A stretch of DNA of 64,000 bases from contig OOHL01000002.1 in assembly GCA_900321105.1 (NCBI GenBank), positions 64,793-128,792 of the forward strand, read 5' to 3'. The notes under the pieces were generated by a model. The model worked only from the letters and a program-made list of their open reading frames with translations, ran no database searches and was not told where the DNA came from. This DNA comes from an uncultured Pseudomonadota bacterium. Lineage in GTDB: Bacteria; Pseudomonadota; Alphaproteobacteria; Rs-D84. Shown here piece after piece: positions 37,535-51,308 of this stretch. Each line of letters begins with the position of its first letter. Within the stretch, counting starts at the first letter, position 1. The position numbers were made by a program, and so were the translations under genes.

Positions 37535-38830
37535 ATGAAACGAATATTGATGATTTTGTTTTCTGTTTTGTTTGTGTTTACTGCAAACGCGGCAACACTG
37601 ATTAACGACACAGAAATCGAAAAAGAAATCAGCGAAATTATCATGCCGATTGCACGCGCGGCGAACATACCGGAAAAAAGGCTGAAAGTTTACATTGTTC
37701 GTGATGATGATTTCAATGCCTTTGTCCGTGGCGGCGAAGATGTGTTTATTTATACAGGCCTGCTTAAACAAATCAAGAATCCAAATGCACTGCGTGCGGT
37801 CGTTGCACACGAAATGGGACACACTATTGGTGGACACATGGTTCAAATATCAGCGCGCATGCACGATGAAATGGTTCGCACGATGATAATTCAGGCCCTG
37901 GGTGTCGGGTTAATGGTGGCTGGCGGCAATCCAACAGCGGGCGTTGGTGTAATGGCGGGCGCAACCGGGATTGCACAACAATCTATGTTATCGTTTTCAC
38001 GTGACGAAGAACGCATGGCAGACGATATGGCGGTTGATTTAATGATAAAAGCCGGCAAAAATCCAAATGGACTTATTGAAGTGTTCGAACAAATGCGCGA
38101 TATGCACGGTGCATTTGAAACAAAAGTAAATCCAAATCGTATTAATCACCCATTGACCAACGAACGCATTAATAATGCAAAAACAAAAATTGCAAAGATT
38201 AAAAAGATACCACAAACCGCGCAATCTGTTATTGATAAAGAAAATGCAGAATATGAAATATTGCGTGCTAAATTGATTGGATACTTGGATAACGATAAAA
38301 ATGTTATAACAAAATATCCGTATTCTAATAAATCAGATGCGGCAATTTATGCACGCGCGATTGCAAACATGCGCGCTGGCGATTTAAAAACCGCAAAAAC
38401 AGGTACACAAACATTAATCAAACGTCATCCAGACAATCCTTATTTTTACGAATTATTGGGTGATATCGAATACCAATTTGGCGCATATGACGACAGTATT
38501 GCTGCATATGAAAAATCATTGTCATTATCGAAAAACGCGCCACAAATTGAAACCGCTTTGGCTTTGGTTTTATCTGAACGCGACAAGCCCGGTGATGCAG
38601 AACGTGCCAAGGAATTATCAAAACGCGTGATATTGACCGAACCTGCCCCATTGGCATATTGGATATTGGCACGTATAACAAAGGATGGTGAATCAGATTG
38701 GGCGATGGCTGAATTTTATAATATGAACGGCGATAAAGCGAACGCAAAGAAATATGCCAAATCCGCACAAAAGAAATCCAAGAAAGGTTCGCCAGAATAT
38801 ATAAAATCTGGTGACATATTAAAGAAATAA
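37535..38830 (+). CDS. Periplasmic M48-family zinc metalloprotease with TPR-like C-terminal repeats (BepA-like)
   Basis: Signal peptide. HExxH 'VVAHEMGHTIGGH'. 431 aa. Confidence 0.7.
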   Translation: MKRILMILFSVLFVFTANAATLINDTEIEKEISEIIMPIARAANIPEKRLKVYIVRDDDFNAFVRGGEDVFIYTGLLKQIKNPNALRAVVAHEMGHTIGGHMVQISARMHDEMVRTMIIQALGVGLMVAGGNPTAGVGVMAGATGIAQQSMLSFSRDEERMADDMAVDLMIKAGKNPNGLIEVFEQMRDMHGAFETKVNPNRINHPLTNERINNAKTKIAKIKKIPQTAQSVIDKENAEYEILRAKLIGYLDNDKNVITKYPYSNKSDAAIYARAIANMRAGDLKTAKTGTQTLIKRHPDNPYFYELLGDIEYQFGAYDDSIAAYEKSLSLSKNAPQIETALALVLSERDKPGDAERAKELSKRVILTEPAPLAYWILARITKDGESDWAMAEFYNMNGDKANAKKYAKSAQKKSKKGSPEYIKSGDILKK

Positions 38831-38868
38831 AAAACGCCCGTTTGGGCGATTTTTATCATTACAGAATA

Positions 38869-39249
38869 TTATCTTCTGGTTTGTTCCTTTTCAACCATAG
38901 AATTTGCAATTCGTTTATTATATTCTTTTTCAACCGATTTATATAAAGCCTTTAATTCTGAATCAAGAAATTCACCATCTAAAATTTTTCCATCTATTGT
39001 TAAAACAATTGGACCAGACAACGATTTTTGTGATTTAATACTTAACACTGTTTTATTATCTTTTGATAACAACGCATATCGTACAAAAATTAAATCCCTT
39101 TTTTGTACAAACATATTACCCCTTTTATTGGTAACGGCCACTTTGCCATCTGTTTTATTTTCTGTTTTTTTTATTTTAAATTCAGGATTTGTAATAATCA
39201 TTCGTAACACGTTTAATGTCGCATTTCTAAATTGTTTGCTTGCCTGCAT
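38869..39249 (-). CDS. Hypothetical protein
   Basis: 126-aa ORF bracketed by two near-identical hairpin terminators. No motifs recognised. Confidence 0.3.
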   Translation of the reverse strand: MQASKQFRNATLNVLRMIITNPEFKIKKTENKTDGKVAVTNKRGNMFVQKRDLIFVRYALLSKDNKTVLSIKSQKSLSGPIVLTIDGKILDGEFLDSELKALYKSVEKEYNKRIANSMVEKEQTRR

Positions 39250-39335
39250 AATTCATCCTTTCATAAAACACTCTGTATTGTACAAAAAAACACACAAAAC
39301 ATCAATAAAAAAACCGCCCGTTTGGGCGGTTATTT

Positions 39336-41138
39336 TTATCCAACCAATTTTTGCCACAGGGTTTGTTTCTTTTTCTGTTGCTTTTTAACTGGTTTACGAT
39401 GACGTGGTGCAGTTGTTGTCACACGTTTAGCATCAACATGTTGGGCGTTTTTCTTTTTCGCATCGGTTGACGGTTCGTGTGCTTCCAAAACATCGTCTGT
39501 TTTGACACTGTCCGCCATAACACGTTGAATTGAATATTGGTCGATATTCATTAAACTGTCATCGCCAACAATTACGATTTCTGTTTCAAATTCTTTTTCC
39601 ATCGCCGCCAATTCAGCGCGTTTTTGATTTAACAGGTAAATCGCAACATCACTTGGCACGGTCATAATGATTTTTTGTGCCGCCTTGGCCAACAATTTTT
39701 CCTGTAAATGACGGAACAAGATAATTGACGCGGTTTGAATACTTGGCACAACGCCCGCACCCATACAATGTGGGCATACGACATACGAAGATTCAATGAA
39801 CGAAGAACGCAATCTTTGACGTGATAACATCAAAACACCAAATGCGTTAATCTTTGCAACCTGGGTACGTGCACGGTCGTGTTTCATGACTTCACGCATT
39901 TTTTGTTCCAGTTTGCGATTGTTCTTTTCTTCTTCCATATCAATAAAGTCAATCGCAACAATACCAGCCAAATCACGCAGACGCAATTGCAATGCGATTT
40001 CTTCGGCTGCTTCCAGGTTGGTATTCAATGCGGTTTGTTCAATATCTTTTTCTTTGATTGCGCGTGATGAATTAACATCGATTGTCACCATGGCTTCGGT
40101 TTGATTGATAACAATTGAACCACCAGATGGCAATGTGACGTATGGTCCGTGCAGGCCTTCTAATTGTTTTTCAACACCGGCCTTGGTCATCAATGGAACC
40201 GCAGCATCTTTGTATTGAACCAATTGTTTGCGTGGTGCCTTGCCATACATTTGTTGGAAATATGATTTGGCTTCTTCATATGCTTCGGCACCCTGGACAT
40301 ACATAACATCGTCTTTTTCAGAAATGAAATCGCGAACAACACGACGAAGCAAAGAATCTTCGGTATGAATTGTCACAGGTGCAACAGATTCCAATGTTGT
40401 TTTACGGATATCGTTCCAAAGCGATGTCAAATATTCGTAATCTTTTGTGATATCTTCCGCACTGGCATCCATAGCCGCCGTACGCAAAACGACCGTCATA
40501 CCCTTTGGTATTTTAAGGCCATGCAATATTTCACGCAGACGCGCACGTTCAGATTTATCAGATATTTTCTTTGAAATACCATAGCTGTTGCGTTTTCTGG
40601 AATTAGGCATCAAGACCGCGAAACGACCCGCCAACGACAAAAATGTTGTCATTGATGCGCCCTTTTGTCCGCGTTCTTCTTTTACGCCTTGGACCAACAA
40701 GATTTGCTTTGGTTTGATAACATCTTGAATTTTGAATTCGTGTGCGCGTTTCAATAATTCTTTGTTATCTTCACCGGCACTGTGATCATCGTATTCGGCG
40801 ACTTCATCTTCTTCGTCATTTGGATCATCATCGTCGTCAACGATATTAGCATGCGCCAATTCTAATAATTTTTTCTTTTGTTCGGGGGTCACCTGGTAAT
40901 AATCAGGATGGATTTCTGAAAACGGCAAGAAACCATTTTTACCGGTTCCATAATCAACAAATGCAGCCTGAAGCGACGGTTCAACACGAATAACCTTGGC
41001 CAGATAAATATTACCTTTTATCTGGGGTTTTGTCGTTGTTTCTACGTCAAAATCAGTCACACGATTTGTCGCAGAATCGACCACCACCACCCGTGTTTCT
41101 TCTGGATGAACACCATCCACATAAATCTTTTTTGACAT
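39336..41138 (-). CDS. rne: Ribonuclease E/G-family endoribonuclease
   Basis: S1-domain region 'GNIYLAKVIRVEPSLQAAFVDYG'. Catalytic-domain motifs. Basic, K-rich C-terminal tail. 600 aa. Confidence 0.8.
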   Translation of the reverse strand: MSKKIYVDGVHPEETRVVVVDSATNRVTDFDVETTTKPQIKGNIYLAKVIRVEPSLQAAFVDYGTGKNGFLPFSEIHPDYYQVTPEQKKKLLELAHANIVDDDDDPNDEEDEVAEYDDHSAGEDNKELLKRAHEFKIQDVIKPKQILLVQGVKEERGQKGASMTTFLSLAGRFAVLMPNSRKRNSYGISKKISDKSERARLREILHGLKIPKGMTVVLRTAAMDASAEDITKDYEYLTSLWNDIRKTTLESVAPVTIHTEDSLLRRVVRDFISEKDDVMYVQGAEAYEEAKSYFQQMYGKAPRKQLVQYKDAAVPLMTKAGVEKQLEGLHGPYVTLPSGGSIVINQTEAMVTIDVNSSRAIKEKDIEQTALNTNLEAAEEIALQLRLRDLAGIVAIDFIDMEEEKNNRKLEQKMREVMKHDRARTQVAKINAFGVLMLSRQRLRSSFIESSYVVCPHCMGAGVVPSIQTASIILFRHLQEKLLAKAAQKIIMTVPSDVAIYLLNQKRAELAAMEKEFETEIVIVGDDSLMNIDQYSIQRVMADSVKTDDVLEAHEPSTDAKKKNAQHVDAKRVTTTAPRHRKPVKKQQKKKQTLWQKLVG

Positions 41139-41342
41139 TTATAAATCCTTTTGTGTTGGGGATGTATAAAACAGATATAACCCGTTCCCGTGGGGCAATC
41201 CCGCCCATGCCAAGGATGCACGCAACGATAAGAAAAAGCGCGACTCGGATTAAAGTAAAAAGTGACAAAACAAACACTGTCTTACCCCATTTTATACAAC
41301 GGTTTTTATGATACCAGACGCGTATTCCAAAGGCAAGGTGTT

Positions 41343-42362
41343 TTATTTCTGAATTTTTGGTTTTTTATGTGGCAATTGGATGTGTGGCATTTTTTCTTTG
41401 GCCTCAGCAAGCCATTTTTTCATGCGCGCACGCAACCAACGTTCATATATAAAGAACAAACCACCAACCCCAATCAATGGCAATACGTAATAAATGATTC
41501 TGTATGCCAAAAGGGCCCCAAATATACTGGCCTTGTCAACAGATTCAGGCAAAGCCACCATAAATATAGATTCAAAAACACCGATACCACCCGGAACCTG
41601 GCTGAAAACGCCGGCCACGTTTGCTATCACATACAATCCGATAAATACACCAAATGGCATATCTATGAACGGACTGATACAGAAATAAAGAACCAATCCA
41701 GCGCAAAGTGCGTCGGCAATTCCCAAAATTGTTTGGACAATTGCTTCGCCAATGGTTGGAATATGGATTTTTATTTCACCAATTCTTATAGTTTTCCCGC
41801 TTAACATGGTCGCAATTATATAGTATGCCAATATCACCGACAAACATACAATAAACAACCCGTTTACACCAAATGACGCGGTTGCCGAATTTGCAAACAT
41901 ATCATTTGGCACAAGAAAATAGCCAATAACCGCAATCGCGGCATAACCCAAGAAGAAAGTAAAGCCAGAAAACATCAACATTTTAACAATATCAGAACCT
42001 GGCACACGCCAACGCGTATATAAACGATATCTTATTGCGCCACCACTTACCACCGCATGACCGGCATTATTAGATATCGCAAACCCCAGCATCCCAGCCA
42101 ACATCCATTTCCACCAAGACACCTTGCGACCAACATAATCCAATGCCAAATAATCATATAAAGACAATGCGATATATCCACACAAACATGCGATGCATGC
42201 CAAAACCAAATTCGTAAATGGTATATGCCAAAGCGCACGCGCGATATCCATCAATGAATAATTACGCAATTGCCAATAAAGCATGCCTGCGGCAAGTATG
42301 AAAAAGAAAATTCCAGCATAACTGATAAGTCTTTTAAAAAAACGTTTCGCTTTTACTGACAT
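41343..42362 (-). CDS. Multi-pass membrane protein, UPF0104 / lysyl-phosphatidylglycerol-synthase-TM-like family
   Basis: 339 aa with about 8 predicted TM helices. Family assignment is tentative. Confidence 0.45.
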   Translation of the reverse strand: MSVKAKRFFKRLISYAGIFFFILAAGMLYWQLRNYSLMDIARALWHIPFTNLVLACIACLCGYIALSLYDYLALDYVGRKVSWWKWMLAGMLGFAISNNAGHAVVSGGAIRYRLYTRWRVPGSDIVKMLMFSGFTFFLGYAAIAVIGYFLVPNDMFANSATASFGVNGLFIVCLSVILAYYIIATMLSGKTIRIGEIKIHIPTIGEAIVQTILGIADALCAGLVLYFCISPFIDMPFGVFIGLYVIANVAGVFSQVPGGIGVFESIFMVALPESVDKASIFGALLAYRIIYYVLPLIGVGGLFFIYERWLRARMKKWLAEAKEKMPHIQLPHKKPKIQK

Positions 42363-42418
42363 AATTTATCTCTTGCAATGGGAAAGCATACCACCCATAT
42401 AAACAAAAAGCAAATTGT

Positions 42419-44242
42419 TTATTTTTCTTGCAAAAATCCGCCAGATTGCATCTGCCAAAGGCGATAATATTCACCACGTTTACGTAACAGTTGGTTATGT
42501 GTTCCCTGTTCAACAACAACACCTTCGTGTAACACAACTATTCTGTCCATATTGCGTAATGTCGACAAACGGTGCGCAATCGCAATTGTTGTATGTCCAC
42601 GTGACAATTTATCAAAAGATTTTTGTATTGATAATTCCGTTTCACTGTCCAGTGCAGATGTCGCTTCGTCCAAAACCAATATTGGCGCATTTTTAAGAAA
42701 CGCACGCGCAATTGCAATACGTTGACGTTGTCCCCCGGATAATTTGATTCCCCTGTCACCAACTAATGAATCATACCCCTTTTCAGTATCCATAATAAAT
42801 TTATCCGCAGATGCCTTTTTTGCCGCTGTTCTTATTTCTTTAAGCGATGCCCCGAATTTACCATAACCAATATTTTCGCCTATTGTTCGGTTAAACATTG
42901 TTGGGTCCTGTGGAATAAACGATATATTTTCACGCAAAGAATTTTGTGTAACATCTTTTATATTTTGACCATCTATGAATATTTCACCCTTTTGTGGTTC
43001 ATAAAAACGCATCAGCAAATTAACCAATGTGGTTTTACCAGCACCAGATTGTCCGACAATACCGACACGTTCACCAGGTTTAATTTCCAAACACAAATTT
43101 TTTAATACATATCTATTTCTGTATTTAAAATAAATATTATTGAAAACAATATTACCTTTTTTAACGCGTAACGGTTTTGCATTTTCTGCATCAACAATAT
43201 CTAATGGAACAACCAATTCTTTATAGGCTTTCTTGGCTGACGCGGTTTTATCAATAATATCAGGGAACCTGTTTACAAGTCCCCCTATTGTCCCCATAAC
43301 ATTTAAATACACAGATATTGTATAAACTATTTCTGATACTAACATTTCACCATGTTGATATAATATGCACGAAAAAAGTATTGTTGCACCAAACATTAAA
43401 TCCCATAAAATACCAGGTATTCCCCAAAATAAACGTATGGTATAACGTGAATACATACTTTTTTGTATTTTTTCTGCACGTGGTTGTTTTAATGCCATTT
43501 GTTCTTTATTTGCCCCGGAAAACAACTTAACTATCGCATAGTTTGAAAAACTGTCTACGATTTTACCATTTAATTTACTGTTTGCAGTTGACAAATCTTC
43601 GCTGGCTTTTTTCACTTTCTTTCTTAAAATCCATGCATATATAATTCTGAAAAATACCGCAAAAACAAATAAATATGCAACATATCTGTTTACAGCGAAC
43701 AATAACGTTCCATTAATTAAAATTACCAATACACGACATATAATTTCAAAAACATCGTAAAAAGCCATCGCACCATTTTCAATATATCCAATTTGTGTAT
43801 TTATTGAACCAGACATTTTTCCAGTCCAAAAAGACATAGATTGTTGATGTGTATAACCTGTCAATAATTCAGATATTTTATTTCGTATTTTTGGTTGTGT
43901 GTGTGAAGCAACCGTTGATTGTATCAATTCACACACCGTCAAAGACATATTTATGATTGTAATCAACAAAATTGTTGGCACAGCGTATTGTACCAAAGAC
44001 ATACCGTCCGGAACAGGATTTTCAAACAACGCGACAACCCAACGTTGAAAATTTGGATAAATAACATTATTACCAAGTACCATAAACAGAAATACAATCA
44101 TCCACAACAAAAGTAATGATTTTTGACCATAAAAACCATATTTTCGATAAAAACCCAACAAAGTTTTTGGTAATTTTGTAATATTTTCAAATTTTTGCAT
44201 AACTTCCCCCAACCTGTACAGGTAAAATCTTTGCATACACAC
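42419..44242 (-). CDS. msbA: ABC transporter, fused permease/ATPase (MsbA-like lipid exporter)
   Basis: Walker A 'GQSGAGKTT', ABC signature 'LSGGQRQRIAIARA', and Walker B 'ILVLDEATSALD'. N-terminal 6-TM domain. Confidence 0.8.
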   Translation of the reverse strand: MCMQRFYLYRLGEVMQKFENITKLPKTLLGFYRKYGFYGQKSLLLLWMIVFLFMVLGNNVIYPNFQRWVVALFENPVPDGMSLVQYAVPTILLITIINMSLTVCELIQSTVASHTQPKIRNKISELLTGYTHQQSMSFWTGKMSGSINTQIGYIENGAMAFYDVFEIICRVLVILINGTLLFAVNRYVAYLFVFAVFFRIIYAWILRKKVKKASEDLSTANSKLNGKIVDSFSNYAIVKLFSGANKEQMALKQPRAEKIQKSMYSRYTIRLFWGIPGILWDLMFGATILFSCILYQHGEMLVSEIVYTISVYLNVMGTIGGLVNRFPDIIDKTASAKKAYKELVVPLDIVDAENAKPLRVKKGNIVFNNIYFKYRNRYVLKNLCLEIKPGERVGIVGQSGAGKTTLVNLLMRFYEPQKGEIFIDGQNIKDVTQNSLRENISFIPQDPTMFNRTIGENIGYGKFGASLKEIRTAAKKASADKFIMDTEKGYDSLVGDRGIKLSGGQRQRIAIARAFLKNAPILVLDEATSALDSETELSIQKSFDKLSRGHTTIAIAHRLSTLRNMDRIVVLHEGVVVEQGTHNQLLRKRGEYYRLWQMQSGGFLQEK

Positions 44243-44259
44243 ACGATAAAATCAAGGTA

Positions 44260-46017
44260 TTATTTCACAACATCGTGGAATATTATGGCGGGTAATGTGC
44301 CACCTGTAATCTTTGAAGACATTGGTTTGTTATCATCACGACCAACCCATACGCCCATAACATAATTTGGTGTTGCACCAACAAACCATGCATCCCTGTT
44401 ATCATTACTTGTTCCGGTTTTTCCACCAAATACATCCGGAGTATATGCACGTTTTCCGGTGCCTTTTGTCACAACTTCGTATAATAATTCCTTCATATAT
44501 TCAACGGTTTGTGGCTGTAAAATAGTTAATTCATCAGATGGATTACGCGAATATATTGTATGACCGCCCGCATCAGTTATCTTTGTAATTGAATACGGAT
44601 GCACCGATTGTCCATCATTCCAGATAACAGAATATATTGTGGTCAAATCCAGCAAACTCATTTCCGATGCGCCAAGGACTGTCGAATATTCACGCTTTAA
44701 ATTATTACCAACGCCCAAACGCGCCGCCATTTTTAATACCGCATCAATACCGTATTCTTTTGTTAATTTTAAAGGGACGGAATTAACACTTTTTGCAAAG
44801 GCGGTTGCCAGGTTTATTCCACCATAATATCTTTCATCATAATTTTTTGGGTTGTAATCGCCAATTGAAAACGGTGAATCATTAACATAAGATTCTGGTG
44901 TCATTCCATTTTCCAACGCAACCAAATACACAACCGGTTTAAATGCCGAACCTGGTTGTCGTAATGCCAATGCCCTGTTAAATTGGCTGACCCGATAATC
45001 ATCACCACCCAGCATCGAAAGAATTGCACCATCGCGCGCAATTGCAACAACCGCACCCTGATATTCACCGATATTATCCGAAACAGACGTGGCAACCCGT
45101 TTCTGTAATTTGGCATCCAAAGTAGTATAAACATACAAATCTTGATTTATTTCACCAAGACGTGATTCTATTTCATCCCTGACAAAATCAGTCCAATAAC
45201 GATATATATTTTTGTTCTGAATTTCACCAGATGGTTTTAATTCAGATGCAGCGATACGTGCCTGGTCTATCGTGATATATTTTTGTTTCACCATTTCTGT
45301 TAAAACAACGCGCGCACGTTTTATATTGCGTTCTGGGTTTTTCAGCGGACTGTATGCACTGGGAGCCTTTAACATTGCGGCAATTTGTGCAGATTCAGCC
45401 AAAGACATTTCGCGTGCCCCATGTCCAAACAGGGTATTCGCCGCCGCATCTATACCTCGCATCCCGCCAACCAAAGATATTCGGTTCATGTACAAATCCA
45501 GAATCTGATTTTTAGAAAACCTGTCTTCCAGCCACATTGATAATATCAGTTCTTGGATTTTACGGGACATCTTTTTTTCACGTGAAAGGAATATATTCTT
45601 TGCGGTTTGTTGTGTTATTGTTGAACCGCCGGCTGCAAAATGCCCACGAAATAAATTCAAAACAACCGCACGTATTGTTCCACGATAAGATATTGCACCA
45701 TGTTCAAAGAATCTTTTGTCTTCGATTGCAACAATTGACTGCCATACATGCGGAGGCAAATTATCCACAGATACTGCCGCACCCATAATACGACCATCTG
45801 CGCGAATTTCACGACCATTTCTGTCCAAAAATATAATTGCAGGTTCACGGGTTTCATGCAATACAGAATCCAGAGACGGCATTTGTAAAAACACAAACAA
45901 AACATACAATCCGGTAATCGCAACAAGAATCAGGGATAAATTCACAAAGAAACCAATCACACGCGATTTAAAAGATCGTGTTTGTTTTTGGTTTTTCCGA
46001 TTTGCGTTTTTCTGCAC
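44260..46017 (-). CDS. mrcA: Bifunctional penicillin-binding protein (class A, PBP1A-like transglycosylase/transpeptidase)
   Basis: GT51 motif 'EDKRFFEHGAISYRG'. Transpeptidase motifs 'SAFKP' and 'KTGTSND'. N-terminal TM anchor. Confidence 0.8.
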   Translation of the reverse strand: MQKNANRKNQKQTRSFKSRVIGFFVNLSLILVAITGLYVLFVFLQMPSLDSVLHETREPAIIFLDRNGREIRADGRIMGAAVSVDNLPPHVWQSIVAIEDKRFFEHGAISYRGTIRAVVLNLFRGHFAAGGSTITQQTAKNIFLSREKKMSRKIQELILSMWLEDRFSKNQILDLYMNRISLVGGMRGIDAAANTLFGHGAREMSLAESAQIAAMLKAPSAYSPLKNPERNIKRARVVLTEMVKQKYITIDQARIAASELKPSGEIQNKNIYRYWTDFVRDEIESRLGEINQDLYVYTTLDAKLQKRVATSVSDNIGEYQGAVVAIARDGAILSMLGGDDYRVSQFNRALALRQPGSAFKPVVYLVALENGMTPESYVNDSPFSIGDYNPKNYDERYYGGINLATAFAKSVNSVPLKLTKEYGIDAVLKMAARLGVGNNLKREYSTVLGASEMSLLDLTTIYSVIWNDGQSVHPYSITKITDAGGHTIYSRNPSDELTILQPQTVEYMKELLYEVVTKGTGKRAYTPDVFGGKTGTSNDNRDAWFVGATPNYVMGVWVGRDDNKPMSSKITGGTLPAIIFHDVVK

Positions 46018-46026
46018 AAAGCCCCC

Positions 46027-48073
<2,047 letters not shown>

Positions 48074-48075
<2 letters not shown>

Positions 48076-48820
48076 ATCTTAAATAAAAAGTTATCGTTGA
48101 AACAACACGAACACGTTTATTGATTGCCTGTTTTTCATTATCAGACCATGCATCCACCTGATCACGCGACGAAATGCTGAACGTGCCTTGATTTGCAGAT
48201 TTAATTTTGCCCAAACTTGCACCCGCATCCTTGGCAAATTGTTCGCCTGCAGCGCGCGCATTTTTTGTGGCTTCTTCTATCATTTTTATTTTGATGTTAT
48301 TAAGACCATTAAACACATAGATTGGACCGGCATAATCTTCACTTACCGTTACGCCCTGCCGCACCAAATCACCCATCTTGCGCGATACAGAATCAACCAA
48401 ATTTACAGAACCCGATCGCACCATAACACCAGTTTCAACGACATAACGGTCGTTGCTATCTTGACCTTGTCTTTGTGCATCGCTGTATCCAGCATATTTA
48501 TCACGCACGGTCACACGCAGGTTTTGCAATTCGCTTTCTTCGAAACCGTTATCAATCAAAAATTGACGTGTTCTTGCCATATCAGAATCAATATCAGATT
48601 GTACTTTTGTTAAATCACCACCGACACGACTGAATTTAATATTCCAAACCGCAGTATCTGCGACCACATCCATTTCCGCCAATCCCTTGACCGTAACAGT
48701 ACGCGAAGCCAATGATTTATAGACCCCATTTCCAATAAAGAATCCGCCCAACGCAACACCAAACGCCAAAATAACAACCCAAATTGTTGGTAAATTTTTA
48801 AATTTAGCAGGTAATTTCAT
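48074..48820 (-). CDS. SIMPL-domain (DUF541) periplasmic protein
   Basis: N-terminal TM/signal. 'VTVKGLAEMDVVADTAVWNIKFS' is typical of the SIMPL / 26-kDa periplasmic immunogenic protein family. Confidence 0.6.
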
Positions 48821-48944
48821 AACTTTCCCCCTTGTTTTTCGGCATTATACATTTATAAAAAAATTATTGCAAGGAGGAAAGAAACACCAAACAGAAACTT
48901 GACAATATATAAATTTGTGATATTCTTGAAAGAAAGAGGGTTTT

Positions 48945-49622
48945 ATGAAGAAAAATCTTTATATTTTCAGACATGGCGAAACTGATTGGAATATTGCAAA
49001 ACGCATGCATGGAATTACAGATATTCCATTAAATAAAACCGGTATTGAACAATCATATGCTTTGGCTAAATGCTTATCAAATGTACGTCTTGATTGCATT
49101 TATACTTCTTCGCTTTCTCGTGCTGTTCAAACAGCAGAAATTGTTGCAGAGAAAAATCATACACCAATTATAACAGAACCTGGCTTGATGGAATGGAATC
49201 TTGGTATATTTTGCGGAAAAATATTACACCTGACAAAAAGACCAAAGTGGACACCGATTAAAATAATCAAAGATGATGTGTATATTCCACGAACATTACT
49301 TTTAGACGGCGATTATGTTCCACAAAATGGTGAAAGTTATAATATGTTCAAACAACGTATTTGTAAATCCATTGAAAACATTGTGAAAAATACAGATGCT
49401 AAAAATATCGGTATTGCAACACATGGTGGTGCTATAAGGGCTATGTTAAGAGAATACACCAACCTGACACAAGCCAAACAAGGTATGCCAAATGCAGATT
49501 ATTTTGTATTACAATGGGACGGAAATAAATTTTCCATTCTTGAACAACCAAATTGGTTGGTAACGAAACACCCTGTGGTCCTTATGATAGATTTTATAAA
49601 AAAAGCATTTCATAACAGATAA
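48945..49622 (+). CDS. Histidine phosphatase-family protein (phosphoglycerate-mutase-like)
   Basis: 'IFRHGETDWN' catalytic His motif near the N-terminus. Confidence 0.7.
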   Translation: MKKNLYIFRHGETDWNIAKRMHGITDIPLNKTGIEQSYALAKCLSNVRLDCIYTSSLSRAVQTAEIVAEKNHTPIITEPGLMEWNLGIFCGKILHLTKRPKWTPIKIIKDDVYIPRTLLLDGDYVPQNGESYNMFKQRICKSIENIVKNTDAKNIGIATHGGAIRAMLREYTNLTQAKQGMPNADYFVLQWDGNKFSILEQPNWLVTKHPVVLMIDFIKKAFHNR

Positions 49623-49733
49623 AACAAAACCGCATGTTTGGGCATTTTTTAATTTAAACAGGCTCTCCAGATTTGCCAGAATTCTGCCCAAGAACATTTA
49701 AGCAGTTCTTGATTTGTTAGCTCAAAATTTGTT

Positions 49734-50921
49734 TTACATGTTACGTGACCCAGAATTTTCTATAAACAACGACATATCAATTTCTTTTAAAAGTTCTTTG
49801 CTTTTTTCCAATTTTTTCTGCAAAACTTCATATTCTTCTGGAATTTTGGCTTTACATTTCAGATACGCTTTATACGTTTTTTTCACTCTAGAATCTTGTG
49901 CTAGGTCTGGAATTATATCTAAAAGTTGTTGCGGGGTAAATCTTTCATAATTTGTGATACGCCCCTTTGCCATCTCTGTTATCGTCGCAAAATATTCTTT
50001 TTCCGCATTTTCCAATGAATTAAGTAAATTTCTGTATTTAAACTTAAGTGCAGCAAATCGCGTTTCGATATATTTGACAGCCTTGGCATATAATTTTGGT
50101 TTCTTTTTAGCCTGTTCTTCTAATAAATTGCTTGTTTTCCAAGAAACCATATATTCTATTTCTTGCGAACTTATTTCTGTTGGCTGGGCGGAATAATTCT
50201 TTTGTGTTGAATAATGTTCATATCCCCAAAAAGCAATTTGCGATCCAAGCGCGCCTAAATCAGGATAATTACGATCAATAAAATGACCATATTCATGACT
50301 TAATGTAGAGATAAAACCAGCAAAGTTGCTATGTTCATAAACACATATTGTGCCATTTCCTTTATTATCATAATATCCCCTGCAATATTGGTCCATGTGC
50401 GCAATTTTTTTATTTATATACAACAAAAACCGTTCCAAATTCTTTACAAAAATATTCGAACTATTTATGCCATGATATTTAATATCTAATTTGTTTTCTA
50501 TACCCAAACGTTTATTTATGGCATTTATGATTTTTTTCGCTAAATCTTGACGTTGTTTGGCTTTCAATACTTCAAAACACCAGGCACCATATAATATATC
50601 ATCATCAGAAGATATGATATCTGCATATAAGTTTGCAAAATTTAAAGCAACCTTGCGTGTTAAATTTAAATCCATAGAACGCAGCAATAACCCCATAAAA
50701 TCATCTTTTGTCATACTATTGTTTTTTACTTTTTTAGCAGCTTTTGCAATTTCTGGATAAAAAGTAGAGAAGGCACCAATTTCCCCCTTTTCAATTTGGG
50801 CCATTAAAAAAGGATCTTTTTCGGCTATTTCTGCAAACTGCTCTAAAGAGATGTTTTTTGGGGCATATTTTTCGTATGCCTCAATTATTTCTTTGCTTAG
50901 TGGTTTCTTTGTATCTGACAT
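49734..50921 (-). CDS. Hypothetical protein with a HExxH zinc-metalloprotease motif
   Basis: 'LSHEYGHFIDR' in a 395-aa largely helical protein. No signal peptide is evident. Confidence 0.35.
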   Translation of the reverse strand: MSDTKKPLSKEIIEAYEKYAPKNISLEQFAEIAEKDPFLMAQIEKGEIGAFSTFYPEIAKAAKKVKNNSMTKDDFMGLLLRSMDLNLTRKVALNFANLYADIISSDDDILYGAWCFEVLKAKQRQDLAKKIINAINKRLGIENKLDIKYHGINSSNIFVKNLERFLLYINKKIAHMDQYCRGYYDNKGNGTICVYEHSNFAGFISTLSHEYGHFIDRNYPDLGALGSQIAFWGYEHYSTQKNYSAQPTEISSQEIEYMVSWKTSNLLEEQAKKKPKLYAKAVKYIETRFAALKFKYRNLLNSLENAEKEYFATITEMAKGRITNYERFTPQQLLDIIPDLAQDSRVKKTYKAYLKCKAKIPEEYEVLQKKLEKSKELLKEIDMSLFIENSGSRNM

Positions 50922-51308
50922 GTTTATCTGTTTAATATTTCTTAGATATTATACCAAGAAAACAATATATGTTTAAGCAAAAAATGCCCATGTGGGTATT
51001 TTTTTATTTATGGGGCGGGTGACCTTTTTCCTCGATACACAATTCCCCCCTAACACAAACTTGGTATGCTCGATTTTTAATCCTTGCTAACGCTACGGTA
51101 AAAATCGGCATCGGGTGACCAGATTGCTTCGCTGTCGCCTTTTTGCGGGTCGCTCGGTCGGCTATGCCGACACTGCGCGGCATTCGTTAGCACTCGAACT
51201 TCGCTATGCTCGTTCTCGCTTACTCATAGTCGAACTGGCTACTGCCAGTTCTAGAATCTGACCCGACCAGATAAAATTAAAACCCGCAAAATGCGGGTTT
51301 GAATTTTA

